A stretch of DNA of 64,000 bases from Phaeosaccion multiseriatum (GCA_965112735.1 OZ218956.1:2976001-3040000); one strand, 5' to 3'; positions 1 to 13,425 are shown, counted from the stretch's first letter. Program-made: numbers and translations. Notes: generated by a model not told the origin, from the letters alone.

Positions 1-1880
1 CAAGATGGGCGTCTTCACGCAGGTGCGGTACTGTACGGTAGGGCACGGTGTGTTCTGTGGTATGTGGTAGGGGTTCTGTGTCTGTCGTCATTCGTGTGTG
101 GTCTGTCTGTAGTTGGCGGTGGGCGTCCAGAAAGGCGTCCAGGGAGGTGTGTATGGCTCACCACCTTCTTGGCACGTTTGTTCGTTCGTGGGTGTGTGAT
201 GTGACTCTCTCTCTCTCTGCCTGAATGCTCCGCTTGTGCGTGAAACTTGTGCTTGACGCTTGTGCATAAAATGGTTTTTGTGCTTGACGCTTGACGCTTG
301 TGCTTTTTGTTGTTGTTGTTTCCTTTCCCCTCCTCAACAGGACCTGGCGCAGGATCTGCCTCAGGAGCGAGTGGCGCTGGACCTCGTGCTGGAGAGGGTG
401 AGACAGCACGACGCTTCTTGCACTGACCAGGTAAGTCAGTCAGTCAGTCAGTCAGTCAGTCAAGCACTTGCTGTGAGTGCGCAGGACCCTCAAGCAAATG
501 GAGGCGGGACCTGTGTGTGTGTGTGGTGGTGCTCTGCCGTGTTTGTTGCCTGTGAAAGGACGAAAAGAGGTTGTAACTTAGCACATCAGAAAGAATTGGT
601 CCCCTTCGCGCTTTTCCCCTAAGCGACGCACATCTCCCCGCCCCACGTGCATGCATTCCCCTCTGCCCAGACACACCTCCTTGCCTTGCTTTGTCTCTCA
701 CCAACCTATGCACCTTCTCGCCTTGCTCTTGTCTCCCCCCCCCCTTAATCTCGATAGGTTGCGCGCTCCACGCTCGGTGCGCTAGGCCTTACTGGCCCAA
801 AGGCACTTCGCAAGATTGGGTGGCTGTCTGGGGGCGAGAAGGCGAGGGTTGCGCTGGCTATCTTCGTACTCATTCCCTACAACGTGCTGCTGCTGGACGA
901 GCCCAGCAATGTGAGTCCCCTGCTCTGTCCATATTCCCATTCTGTCTCTTCTCTAGCTAGTAGGGCCGCCTTTCTGAACTGACTCTTCTCGGGACCGCTC
1001 GGCCCGTCAGAGCCCTCCCCCCCCCCCCCCGTTCTTTCCTCCCCATGTCATCCTCTGAGGGACAAAAAGAAAGACCCGTACCTGAACCCATTCCCTCTCC
1101 CCCCACCCACTCTTTTGTCCTCTTGCGATGTTGCTCTACTGGACGCCCAATCCAATCCAACCCCATCGTTGGCATTCACAGCACTTGGACGCGGAGACTC
1201 TTGACTCGCTGGTGAATGCCGTCAAGAAGTGGCCAGGCACGGCCATTGTGGTGAGCCACAACCAGGCCTTCGTAGAGGCCATGAGGGCCACGCATGTTGC
1301 CGTGGTGAAGCAAGGGAAGCTCCACTTCTACGACAGGCCTCCTGAGCCCGAAGATTGGATCTGGACGGGTGAGTGGAGGAGTGGGGACGGAGGGAGGGGA
1401 GGAAAAGGCACTCGACAATTCCTTGTACTTGCTTGTTTGTTTGTTTGTTCAGGTCAGCTTTGGCTGGGCATCTGACGGCCTGACGAACTCGAGCTTTTGT
1501 TGCTGTCATTTTTCTTTATTCTCGTTTTTGTTTTTGTTCTTGCAGAGGAAGCAGGCGGAGACGCTACAGCCACCATTGAAGCCAGCAAGGTGCCCGCAAA
1601 GGTGCTGACGAAGGAGGAGAAGAGGGCGGCAGAGCAAGAACGCAAGAAGATTGCCAAAATTCCGAGTCGCATTACACGTATCCAGAGCATTCTCGATAAG
1701 GTGGAGAAGGAAGTTGAAGGCTTGGAGGCGGACATGATCAAGGCGGGCACCGACCTCGACAAGACAATGGCGCTGTCTGAGAAGGCAGAGAAGAAGAAGA
1801 AGGAGGTGGAGCGCCTCTATTCGGAGTGGGACGAACTCGAGGCCGTGCTGGCTGAACAAGCGGGGGCTGACGCAGCTTGA
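1..1880 (+). CDS. ABC-F family ATPase, 3' part (second NBD plus C-terminal coiled coil); exons ~1-22, 341-430, 758-910, 1182-1368, 1546-1880
   Basis: Spliced translation KMGVFTQ|DLAQDLP...LSGGEKARVALA...NVLLLDEPSN|HLDAET...IVVSHNQAF contains the ABC signature, Walker B and H-loop in ABC-F style, followed by a Uup-like C-terminal hairpin. GT-AG phases are consistent. Confidence 0.9.
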
Positions 1881-3696
1881 TGGGAGGAGCGAGCGGAAGC
1901 TGGCCCCGCGGGGGTGACGGCCCGTACGCGCGCGCGCGCGTGTGTGTGTGTGTATGTGGGGGGGGGGGGGTGCAAGGTCTAGGGGCGCTCAGGCTGAGCA
2001 GCACACGGCTGGGCAGACAGCGGAAGGAGATGCGGTGCTGTGCTGGGCAGACGTGTGTCCGGCCTGTAACCGTTGGTGGAGGTGGGTACAAAGGGAGGTC
2101 CAAAACTGTGCAGCAGCCGAGGTGGGAAGCTGATAGAGAGAGCGGCCAAGTAGAGCACAGACTCTGACTGCGCTGGGGAAGGGCTGGGGAAGGGGGCCAA
2201 GTTAGACAGATAGATGCCTTGTTGGGGGCTCAAGGGGAAGCTGCGCGCGCCTGGGATGGGCAGCAGCAGCAGGAGTAGAACAGCGGCAAGCAGCAGTAGC
2301 AGCAGCAGCAGCAGTAGCAGCAGCAGCAGCAGTAGCAGCAGCAGCCGCAGGAGGAGGAGGAGAAGGGGGAGAGCCCTTTCAACGTCTTTACCGCCTCTCC
2401 TCCTGCACGCCTTTGCCTCGAGAGGCACGTGGATGGGTCGGCTCACGATTGATTGAAGCAGTGTGTGCGTGCGTGCGCGTGCGTGGGTGCAAAGTCGTCT
2501 CCGCGCAAGTCAAGCGTTGGGGCATGTCTTGATTGTTCCCTATAACCAGCGAAGAGGGGTGGCAGGAGCCGCCCTAGCATCAGCACCAGCACCAGCACCA
2601 ACGTCAGCATAACCAAGGCTCGCAAAGGTGCCGCGGAAGTAAAAGAGGCCGCGGAACGTCACCTTCCGCACACACCACCAGCGGAAGGAGGAGCCTTCGA
2701 GTTTCTGCTGCGTGTACCGGAAGGCCTGACTGGGCCGTTGCTTCTTCTTTCGGACGCTGCTATTGAAGATACGACTCTCCCCCCGAGAGTCGGACAGATG
2801 GTCGAGGGAGTGTTCTCCACGGCCTGGCTTGAGGGTCTCATCCATCCGTGTGAGTTTCATCCGTTTCATCCGTTTCAATGGGGAGATTTGACCTGAGTCG
2901 AGTCTGTGCCATTGGGCTGACGGAGAGGGAGCCTCGGGATCGATCTCCTCCACGCGACAAGGGGCTTGGTAGAGTCTCAGTCGGGCGGGGGGGCCCGTAA
3001 GTCCTCCCCATGTCGGTTCCTCAGCGTTGCCCGGAGCCTCGACCAGAGAGGGTGGCGAGCATGGAAGGGGGACAGGCACACAGGGGTTAAGAGGAGTCTG
3101 AACAGACGTTAAATGAAATAGTAGCGTGCGGCATGCACTTGATTTGACACGCATTCCCTCGAATGTTCTCTCGAATGGTACCCGCTCGAGTATCTGCGAG
3201 TAATCTTGCTGTGAGGAATCTTACTGCGAGTATCTGCCACCCCTCCTCCGTACGTCCTCTCAAAAAGTGAATGCGTGAGTTGGGGTCTTATTAAGGGCAA
3301 GTGAGTCCCAGGTTTGCCAAGCCTTCGCAAGAGGCGCGTGGCCGTTGCCCTCCTTAAACGTCCAAAGAGCTCAGTTACCATCGAGGCCAACGCGACGTAT
3401 ACCCCGTTTGGCATGCGGTGTGAAAGCCAACTTCTTAGTTACAGGCAGCGTACGACTGCGAGTATCATCCATCAGCAGCACCACCACCAGCAGCAGCAAG
3501 AGCGGTACGAGCAGAGCGGTGACCTCGCTGCGTCCTGCTGACTACAGCTAGGGGGGGGGCACAAACGTTGGCTGCACTCTTCCCCTCCCCCGCTCCGCTC
3601 CCGCTCTTGTGCGTCTTCCTCACCTCAATCTCCCTGGGGCGTCTTGACGTCCCATGCAACGCGTGTTAAGTGCGCTGTCCGGCGCCTCCTTGCCCC

Positions 3697-3750
3697 TATA
3701 CCGTTACATGCCCATATACCGCTACATGCCCATATACCGCTAGATGCCCG
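3697..3750. repeat. 18-bp tandem repeat x3 (TATACCGCTACATGCCCA)
   Basis: Directly visible. Confidence 0.85.
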
Positions 3751-4404
3751 TATGTGCCCCCTCCTCTTCACGGGCGGCGTCCTCTACACACCACAGCGCG
3801 GCTGCTGCGTGCGAAGTCACACAAGCAGGACGTCCTCCCCAAATGTGCTGGCGTGGGTGTGTGCGTGGGTGGGTGCGTGGGTCCCTCAACACCTACTTGG
3901 GCCTGCAGTCAGAGCTGTGGGGGGCGAGGGCGGGCTCCGACTTGAAAGGACTGCGTGGTCTCCTCGTGCACTACGCCCATCCTCTCTACCCATGCACAAA
4001 AGGGGGAAGCCAGCAGTGCACAACCAGGCAAGACTTCCTCTCCGGAGCAAAGGTAGAGAGTGCGAAAGCAGACGTTACAAGAGTCGTTCATCATCGTCGT
4101 GGGTCATCGCCATGGCGAGGGAGTGGAAGCTCGATTGTTCTGTGGAGATAAAAGATGCTCAAGCACTCTCTGATGACCGACGCTCGATTGTTCTCTGGTG
4201 ACCGATGACGAGGAGCGCGACCTCCCCCCCGGGGACGTGACCTCTCGAACAGGAAATAGAGCTCAATGTGGTAGGGAGCAAGGACGGACCTCTCCCTCCC
4301 TCCCTCCCCCCCTCCCTCCCTCCCTCCCTCTGAGCTCGCCCATCTTGTTTCCTCGGGGCCTCGGACATATCCAAAGGTCAGCCCTGTGGCACTTTCTCGC
4401 TGTC

Positions 4405-5256
4405 TCACGAAGGGTTGAGGCATACGCTAAAGAGGCAGCTCGCCACCGCATTGAGCCTCACCTTCAAGTAGCCGCGAGCCAAAAAAGTGCATTGGCAGTT
4501 ACACCCAAGCGAGAGCAACAAACACATACAGCACACGGTAGGGGAAAACAAAAACACGACCGTGAGATGCACACCCACTGAACGACAGACAGTGTGCGCT
4601 GGAGCGTTCGTGGGGTCTGCCACGCAGGAACGTAACGTCACCCGCCCTCCGCCGTCGGATGCAGGCTTTGGTTTGGTCATTCTACCCGAACTTCTCTCCC
4701 CAAACTCAAGGCACCCTCGGTCATCCATGACGAACACCATATACTGACAGGCGAAACGCTTTTACGTTACCTGTGTCGTGCCCCCCCGGGCGATGTCTAA
4801 CCTCTTCCGCAGGGCCTCCCTCATACCTCCCGTGCTGCCGCTGAAGCCTTGCGCACCCGGTGACTTGGGACTGCCCGCCATCTCCGAAGTCGAATATACC
4901 GCTGCTGCTGCTGCAGTGCCGTTGCCACTGCTGCTGCTTGTGCCTGGGCCTGGGGAGGCCCAGGCTGAGCCCCCGGGGAAGAGTCTGTCGAGGAGCTTGT
5001 CCAACAGAATAGCGGTGCCCTCGGAGGCCTCTTCCACGAAGATCGCCTTGGCGCTCTGATACAGCGCTGGGCAGGCACACGGGAAGGGAAGGGGGGGGGG
5101 CATGAGCACAACGTTCAAGAATTGATATGAACATCTAAGAGACTCACATTCGAACATGAGCACCGCCCGCGTTGCCCCAACGAATCGCGCAAAGTCCACG
5201 GGAGTCTCCCCCACCAGTCCTCCTGGGGGAGCGCTGCCAATGCCATTGCTATTGCC

Positions 5257-5299
<43 letters not shown>

Positions 5300-6452
5300 C
5301 TCTGGACACGCGGGCTCACCCCCCACCCCCCAATGGCGGCCTTCGGGGAGGTGGCTGCAGCTGCGGAGGAGGAAGAGGAGGAGGAGGAGGTCATAGGCAT
5401 GGTCATGCCCCCCCATCCCGCGGTTTTCTTTCCCTTCCCTCCTCCTCCTCCGCCCGCCCCCACCCCGCCTCCTTCTTCGTCCCTGCCCCGCAGCAGGGTC
5501 CCCTCGAGCATCACAAGCGCTCCGTCCGCGCTATCCCTGTCCATGTCTCGACACAAGTTTCGCAGAAAGAGGCGAACGTCTGTCCAGCTCGCGCAGTCTG
5601 CTGCGCGTGCCTTGTCACAGAAATGCGCAAATACGGGCTCCAAAAGCTCGGTCAGGAGCGGCCCGTTGAATCGGGCGTCCCTGTAGATTGGAGCGTGTTG
5701 GGATGGCGTGGGGGAGGAGAGGGTTGGAGCATGTTGGAATGGGGTGGGGGGGAGGGCCACAACAGGCAAAAAGGACAGTAAAACTGAATGAATGGCCTCA
5801 GGTCATGCCATGACATGGTAGAAGGAGGGCTGCAGCCCCCCGGGCAGCATCCCCCACTTTCCGTCCTCTGACTTTACGAAGTGTACTTGACGGTCGGTCG
5901 GACGGAAGGCGGGACCAACCCCTCTGCCCAGCCCTTTCCTCAACAAGGCACTCACTTCAGAAGCAGAATGTTGCGCACCAGGGGGGGCACGTCCTCGCTA
6001 ATATCTCGAACGCGGTCCGCCACAAAGCGCAGGGGGCAAGCGGGGCTAACCTTGCTCAGCAAGACAAGGGTGCTCTGCAGAGCTGCATACACCCCCGTGG
6101 TCGCTGCGGAGGAGGAGGAGGATCAGAGGCGGGAGCGGGTGGTGAGGAGAAGGGCGTGACGAACGGGTGGATGCCACACAATGTGGGGACGTGTGGGCCG
6201 TGGTTGCGGGGAGGGCGAGTCGGTGCTCTGCTTGTGCGTGCAAGGTCAGTCACGAGACAAGGCGCACACATGTATTTCCCTTCTCCTCTACGCTTCTTTT
6301 ACTGCAGAAAACTCACTCAGATATTCATCCGTCGTCATCGCTTCCAGCGACGGTTGTGAGTTTAAGGTGCCTTCTCCTCCTCCCCCGTCTCCTTCTGGGC
6401 GTGCAGAAGCCGAGCTCAAGCCGAGGGCGGCGGCTGTAGAGTGACTCATCAT
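4405..6452 (-). CDS. TPGS1-like (tubulin polyglutamylase complex subunit 1-like), multi-exon; last exon uncertain
   Basis: Spliced reading TTDEYL|TTTGVYAALQSTLVLLSKVSPACPLRFVADRV (RIIa/DPY30-like helix pair), then VRLFLRNLCRD and VDFARFVGATRAVLMFE, resembles TPGS1 as recalled. Possible last exon VRLNAVASCLFSVCLNPS*. Confidence 0.6.
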
Positions 6453-6688
6453 TCTATGAGAGAATTTAGGAGCGCAGAGCCTAAATGGCGGTGTCCCCTG
6501 GCAGCACAGACTCAGAAAAACTAAATACAATGCGATCACAATGTCACAATGTATATATTACACCATTCGTTCGTAACAATGTGTACGATGATCTGTGTGT
6601 ACCGGTAAGAGGATGTGCGTTGGTTATCCAATGAAACTCACAGATTCTGGCAGTGCCTGGAGAGGAAGGCTACCGCCGAAGAACAAAG

Positions 6689-8241
6689 ATGGCCTCGGTG
6701 CCAGACCAGGAGGCGGCAGAGAGTATGGCAGATACGGCGGGCGCCTTTGCAGAGGGGCTAAAGGACCAATTAGAGGATCAGCTGGGGCCGGATGGAGGAG
6801 CAGGCCTGCTCGCCGATTTGAGTCGCTGGTTTCAGAGCCCGCTCCTCCTCACCATCCTGGCAGGGCTGCTGGTCATGGCCACCATCTATAGCACCAACGC
6901 GGAAACAGAACAGGTGAGTCTCGTCCCTCCCAGCTGGGTCAAGGTGCACGAAGCGTTGGTGGTGTGATTCATGCCAGTATTCGCTCTGAACTCTCTCCTC
7001 CATCAATACTTTCCGTCTTCGTGGACGTGGGAAGGTGCTGGCCAAAAGAATTGTTCAGACGCACTCACTCCCTCCCTCACTCACTCACTTACTCCCCCCG
7101 TTCTTACTTAGGCGTTTACTTACTCACTCACTCCATCACGCACTCACCCACTGCCCCGCTGCACTCCCTCCCTCCCTCCCCTCCTTACAGAATCGAAGGA
7201 AGCGCTTGAGGAAAGAGAAAGCCGCGGAGAAGAAGGCGGAAAGCAAGGTTTGTCCTCTGTCTCTAGTCTGTCGATTTATCTGTCTTGCCGATCTGCATAT
7301 CTTGCCTTTGCATTTTTATACTGCCTGCTCTTCGTTATCATATTGCTTCTTGTTGTGGACTCTACATATGCGAGGCCTCCGCACCACCCGTTTCCCTTGC
7401 CTGATCCTCATCCCCTCCCCCATCTCGTCGACTCTCGCCTCCTACACACACCCATGTAGACACATTCTCGCCCTTGGTTCGAGCCCCCTCCTCGAACTCA
7501 CCCAGACCGTTCTCGCTCCCTTTTTTTCTCTTGTCGACTCCCCCTCTTCTTGGCTTCGAAATGTACACCCCGTGTTTTCGACTTGATCAGCAAGTAGACA
7601 ACTTTTTGGATGACTTTATGAAGAGGGGCCCGGCGGCGGTCCGTCCCTCCCCATCGGCAGGCGCAGCAGGGACGAGCGTACAACCAGGGTCACAGCAGCC
7701 AGGCCCTGCACGGTCACCAGAGGCAGCCGCAGCAGCAGCAGTAGCAGCAGCAAGGGTATCAGCAGCAACAGCAGCAGCAGCAGCAGCAGCGGGAGGGGGA
7801 AACGGCGCATCAGCAGCAGGAGGTGGCGAAGTACAGAAGGAGAAGGTGCCTGTAGATCCTGCTGTCGCTGCCGCTGCGGCTGAAAAGGCGGCTGCACTGG
7901 CAGCAGCCAAGACAGAGGCAGAGAAGGCCAAGCCTCGGCTGCGCTGGACGCAGACAAAGGACGAAGTAGACGTGCTCTTCCGCATCGAGGAAGACGTTAC
8001 GAAAGGGGAGGTGAAGACGAGCTTCAGCACAAAGAGCGTGTCCCTGCGTGTGCAGGATAAGATCATCCTCCAGGGGGATCTTTGGGACGGAGTGGATCCC
8101 GACGGCTGCACGTGGCAGTTCTCCACAGAGGGGGGCTGCAAGTACGTGTGGCTGCAGTTCGAGAAGGACACGCCGGGCAAGCTGTGGAAGGGCCTGTTGA
8201 AGGGAGGGCCAACCATCCCGAAGCCCCCTGGGGCTCCGTGA
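6689..8241 (+). CDS. Single-TM protein with C-terminal CS (p23/NudC-like) domain; exons 6689-6913, 7191-7247, 7591-8241
   Basis: Hydrophobic segment PLLLTILAGLLVMATIY; CS motifs LRWTQTKDEVDV, ILQGDLWDGVDPDGCTWQF and LQFEK...W. Confidence 0.85.
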
Positions 8242-8379
8242 CGTGTTCGTACGTTGGTTGTTTTTGATGTGGCGACCATCGTCGGTCGAGGAGAGCGAGC
8301 AACCCGCTGTCATGGCTGGATGAGGGGGTTTTACCTGAATACAAATAGACAGTGCAATATACCAGGTTGCTTGCTTGCT

Positions 8380-8417
<38 letters not shown>

Positions 8418-9129
8418 TTGTGTTTTGGGAAGCCACTCTTCCATTCTCACACCATCTGCAAGAACGGGGATTTTTTAGCTGTGTCAGTCCCCTGAAGGCA
8501 AGAAGAATTGAAACATGCTTGCGGAAGCCAACTTCTCGTGTCGTTGCTTACCCATTAAATTCATCAAGTAGAAAGAGAAAAAGAAGAAAAAAAAAATAGT
8601 AACACGTCACCACACGATCCTCTCCTCCCTCCCCGCCCGATGCTCTCGCAGCACCACTCTACCCCTCCCCGTCTTCCCCCTCTGTGTGGTGAGTGAGTGA
8701 GCCATGTCTAAGTCCTATTCCTCCCCTACTATCACCCCCTTCTTCTTCTTATATACTCTATTCTATGATGCGATATGTCCTTTTTTTCGATCTTTTCGTT
8801 CTTGTCGTTGTCTATAATATAAGCGCACTCTCCCCCCCGTGATCAAACCTCTATACAAAATCTCAAACCTTGTCAACATCCGCCCCCCCCCCCCCCCTGG
8901 CGTGCTCTCTCTCTCTTCTTCGGTGCTGCCGATACCCCACGCCCCCATCTCCTTTCCCCGCTTCTCGGCACGTTCTCTTTCCTCACACTCCACTCACATC
9001 TCTGTGGGTTCGTGTATCTAAGCATGACACTTGGAAGGGGGCTTTTTTTTTTCTCTCTCTCATGTGTTCCCCGCACTCCCTTCAATCCAAATCAATCGCA
9101 GTCCCGCGGGGCTGTAGCTCCATGGCTGT

Positions 9130-9249
9130 TTACAACGTCCGTCGCAAAGCCGGGAAGTGCGGTCGCATAGCCGGGAAGTGCGGAAGGTTTGGGAGGTCAG
9201 CCAAAGTTGGAAACTGAGGGAAGCGGAACATGTGGTGGTGATGTTGCTG

Positions 9250-9289
<40 letters not shown>

Positions 9290-11643
9290 GTCACCCGCTG
9301 CTGCTGCTGTTGCTGCTGCTTCCTCTGCTGTTGCAGCTGCCTGTGCCGCTCCTTCCTCTCCATCTCCCTCTCCTCCTGCTGCTGCTTGAGGCAAGCATAG
9401 ATGACCTCCTTGTGGCTGCGCTCCGCCGCGTAACTGACGAGGTCAAACGCAAAGGGTTGGGCCCCCACGTTAAGCGTCACCGGCGCGAGAGAGTCAATGC
9501 CCACGGTGGGGTAGAAGGCCCCCTGTACGTCGGTGAAGGCCGTGCCCAGGTGCTTGCCGTTCAGCGTAAAGAAAATGTCTCCCCCCTCGCCGAGTCTGCT
9601 GTAGTCAATGCCACACCCCACCACACACCCGGGCCCAAAGGACGGGCCGAACTTGTACAGCTTTTGTCCACTGGAGTGAAAGACGCCACCGTCGTCGGAG
9701 TGGTAACCGTAGGAAATATCGTCCCACCCGGGCATCTTGCCCTTGAGGCAAAAGCCCTCCAGACTCAGACCCACAGCGATGCAGTCCGGCACAGCCGCCT
9801 CAGTTGAGTGGGGGGGGTGGCCGATGTTCACTTCAAAGTAGGCAACGAGGCGGGGAGTCACATCGAGCAGGCCTTGGGCGTTGATGATGGGGTTACAGAA
9901 GGCGCGGAACGATTCCGGCATGCTTCCGGAGCCCGCCCGACAGCGGGGCTCCTCCGCCATGTGATCATCCTCCTCGCCTGCCTCCTCCTGCTCCTGCTCT
10001 TGCTCCTCCTCCTTCTCCTCTTGCTCCTCCTCCTTCTCCTCCTGCTTCTGCTCCTCCTCCTGCTTCTGCTCCTCCTCCTCCTCCTCCTCCTGCTGCTGCT
10101 GCTGCTGCCCCTCCCCCTCCTCTTGTTCCACCGGTGCCTCCAAGGGCTGCTGCTGCACCTGATTGAAGCTGGACAGGCAGGGGAATCCCCAGGGGTGGAA
10201 GCCGTTGCTGTGGTGAGCCCGGTTGGGGCTATTATAGCTCCCTCCCTCGCCTCCTCCTTCTGCTGCTGCGGCTCCATGGAGGTGGGACGCCATGTGCAGC
10301 TCTCCCATGTGCACGATCCATCGGAGCATGTCAAAGGGATTCGGGAGCGCGTGAGGCAGCTGCAGCTCGGAGGGGAAACCCATGCAGCTTCTCCTCCCCC
10401 CCGCCGTGCTCTCTTCCGTTGGCGTGCGCAGACCCAGTGCGCTTCGCTCCTTGCGCCTGGTGGAGGGGAACGGCATGTCCGTCCTGATGCAGCGATTTCC
10501 AGTGCCCACACCTCCCTGATAGACGACCCTGTGTAGTTTGTTTCAAAGGAAGGAAGGAAGGAAGGAAGGAAGGAAGGAAGGACGGGAGGACGAAGGGGGT
10601 GGGTGTGGAGAGGTCAGGACGATGAAGGATATGGGTAGCGGGTGGGACCCTTGTCCGACACGCAAGAGCTTCCGGAGTGTGCTCACCGTGTGTACACGTC
10701 CTGCTGCGCCTCTGCCCCATCGATGACCAGCTGCTGGTTTGCCTCTGCCTCCCCACCATCTCCCTCCTGCAGCACCGCCGTCGCTGCCGCCTTGTCGAAG
10801 CCGTGCGGAGTGATGGTCTCGATCAGAGGGAAGAGGAGGTGGAAATCGAGTCTGTGAGCCGGAGATACAGGCAGGGGGGGCGGCAGGCGGGGCAGGAGCA
10901 GCGGGTCAGAAGGAAAGATGCGGCTTACGGTAGCGAGGAGTGAGGATCCCTCACCCGAGCACCTCGTCGCAGAACTGGAGCTGCTTCCTCTCCTCCAGCA
11001 AGCCCCACTTGTGGAGGCAGAGGCGGCGCCAGAGGTAGTTGTCCACATTGAGGAGGGCGTGAAACCTCACGCAAGTCAGCGCCCAATGCACCAGGTCCGC
11101 CACGTCCAGGTACTGGCCAATGCTGACAATCTCATCGTCTCCCAGCATGTTCACTGGGCAGCACCCTGCTCCTAGTTCTGAAAGAAGGGGTTGAAGTTGG
11201 GGGAGGGTGAGGTGAGAAAAGAGTGAAGGCCACTGCTGCAGGATGCATGCTCTTTTCATTGATGGGGAGTCGAGAGCAACCCGACAGCAGGTGTGTGTGT
11301 GGGGGGGGGGGGGGGGGTTTGAGCGTTAAAGAAAGGCCCATAGCTACCCCTTCTAGCGGAGCGGGTGAAAGGGAGTGAAGCACATAGAGTGGGGTGTGTC
11401 TTGATGGACGTGAGTGAGGCCTACACTACTAGGGAGAGCGGTCGCTCTTTGTCCTTTCAAGTCCATTGTACAAGCTAGGTATGGTGTTAGGAGGGTCCCA
11501 TCCTCCACATTCCCTTCTTACTTTGGTCACTCACCACTTCTGGCTTCTCCAGTGACTAACGCGAAGGGGCTCCTTGCGGCCGCTGCGGATGCCATCATCT
11601 CATCCATCCTCATCCGCGCCGCCGCTGCCATCGTCATAGCCAT
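9130..11643 (-). CDS. F-box plus SPRY (RanBP9/10-type) domain protein, multi-exon
   Basis: F-box-like NMLGDDEIVSIGQYLDVADLVHWALTCVRF...LWRRLC; SPRY motifs VAYFEVNI, MPGWDDISYGYHSDDG, VVGCGIDY, IFFTLNGKHLG, FYPTVG. Confidence 0.85.
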
Positions 11644-11958
11644 GATCTCCTACTGTGTCCTGCGTGCAGGAGAGCTGTGCGGGAGTTAGAAGGGGATTGG
11701 AGTGGTGAGGTTTCCGGGCTGGCGTCCTCCCGCAAGATTTTTTAAACCCATTCCCCCCCTTTATCGTGAATGTCACTGCTCCTGTCCTATCCCAGTGCTC
11801 TGGGGCATGCGGATTCCGCGGAAGCGTTGTACGTCTTCGGCGGGGGGGGCTTGGGCGTGGCTCCCGGATTTGGGAAAGGTGTAACGACACCTCGGACAGG
11901 AGAAGGAGAAGCAGCAACAGCAGCAGCAACAGCAGCAAGAGGAGGAGGAGGGGTTGGC

Positions 11959-12873
11959 ATGAAGTGCCGCTGGGGACGAAGAAGCAGGAAACGGAGCTTG
12001 GCAGAGATGGAGGGGCGGGCGGAAGGGGAGGTGAGCGGGGGGGGAGGGGGGGAGGCGGAACTACTCCTCGCGGGCAACGGGGGCGAGGGCGGCGGGAAAG
12101 CGAGCAGATTCGAGCAGAGATGCTACCCCTTGTTCGGGGTATCGACCACCGTGCACAGCCGGCATAGAGTGCAGCAGCAGCAGCCGGAGCAGGAGGGGGT
12201 GAAGAGTGTCGCAGGTCCTGGGGAAGGGAGTCGGAGGATACCAGAGAGAGAGGAAGCAGAGCAAGAGCAGGATCAAGAGCCGAGCCGACAGCATCAGCAG
12301 CCCAGCCGCAGGCAACCGACTCTCCTCGAGATGTTTGGAGGGGGGGGAGGAGGAGGAGGAGCAGGAGGAGCAGTTGCTCAAGGGACAGAGATGGACGAGT
12401 CGGAGGACAATGACACCGGCCGCGCACCGGCGGTGCCCCCCGTACCTGCTGCTGAAGCCTCTAGCCTAGCATACTGTCATGTATGTAACGTACAGAGGCA
12501 GAGCCAGAGCCAGAAGCTGCTGTGGCAGGGCTGGGGTCAAGCGCAGGGGCAGGGGCACGGCCTGGGGCATGGCCTGGACGGGCCACCGCACCAGCAGGAA
12601 CAGCAGCCACGGCCGCCGCCTCCGCAGCAGCAGCAGGAGGAGGGAGGGCAGGAGGATCCAGTCCGCACTCCGAGTTTACTCGGAGCCGCGAGGCAGCAAG
12701 CAGCCTGCTCCTTCTGCGAGAGGCGGCCGTGTGCAATGTGCACGGTGACGTGCGACGCGTGCGAGCTGCTGCACTGCTCCCTCTGCACAACGGTGGAGTA
12801 CGGGGCGCGTTTCGATCGGTGCGTTTGCATCTCGTGCTCCGAGGGCGGTGGGCAGGGGGGGGCGTGTGGGTAG
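11959..12873 (+). CDS. Siva-like Cys-rich zinc-finger protein, intronless
   Basis: C-terminal CSFCERRPCAMCTVTCDACELLHCSLCTTVEYGARFDRCVCISC has Siva-type Cys spacing; an upstream CHVC is also present. Confidence 0.75.
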   Translation: MKCRWGRRSRKRSLAEMEGRAEGEVSGGGGGEAELLLAGNGGEGGGKASRFEQRCYPLFGVSTTVHSRHRVQQQQPEQEGVKSVAGPGEGSRRIPEREEAEQEQDQEPSRQHQQPSRRQPTLLEMFGGGGGGGGAGGAVAQGTEMDESEDNDTGRAPAVPPVPAAEASSLAYCHVCNVQRQSQSQKLLWQGWGQAQGQGHGLGHGLDGPPHQQEQQPRPPPPQQQQEEGGQEDPVRTPSLLGAARQQAACSFCERRPCAMCTVTCDACELLHCSLCTTVEYGARFDRCVCISCSEGGGQGGACG

Positions 12874-13425
12874 GGAGGCAGGAGCGCGCCCTTCGCCGCC
12901 GCCGCCGACCGACGACGGACAAGGAATGGGACTTTCCGTAGCAATTTTTGCGTCTTTCTCTTTCTCTTTGGTTGCGTGCTACAAGGTACCAAGTCCTTTT
13001 TCATTTTTTAAAACTCGATTTGCGGAAGAATCGCCCAAATCGCCCCCGTTTTTTATATGAGTCGGGCGGCAAGGGGGAGTGCTCTTGCAGAAATGCCGAC
13101 ATGTACGCAAGAGAGAAAGCGATGAATGCATGTAGCGTAAAGGAAGAAGTATGGGAAGAGTGACAGAAATGTATGCCGCAGCGAGTGTCCATAAGGACAG
13201 TGCTCGCGTCAGCCAAATCAGTAAGATTACGGGAAAAGGGAGGCGCGGCGACAAAAATATGCAAAAAAGATTGTACAATACATAAATACATGTCTACAGA
13301 CTGACAAGCACAAAACACTGTGCCGGCCAGGCGGTCGGTCTGGCCCAGCCCATTCACAGCCCGGGCCCCAATGCCCACCCCGGGCGGGAGGGAGAGCAGC
13401 GCAGGACCTCGCCCCGTCAGCCCCC

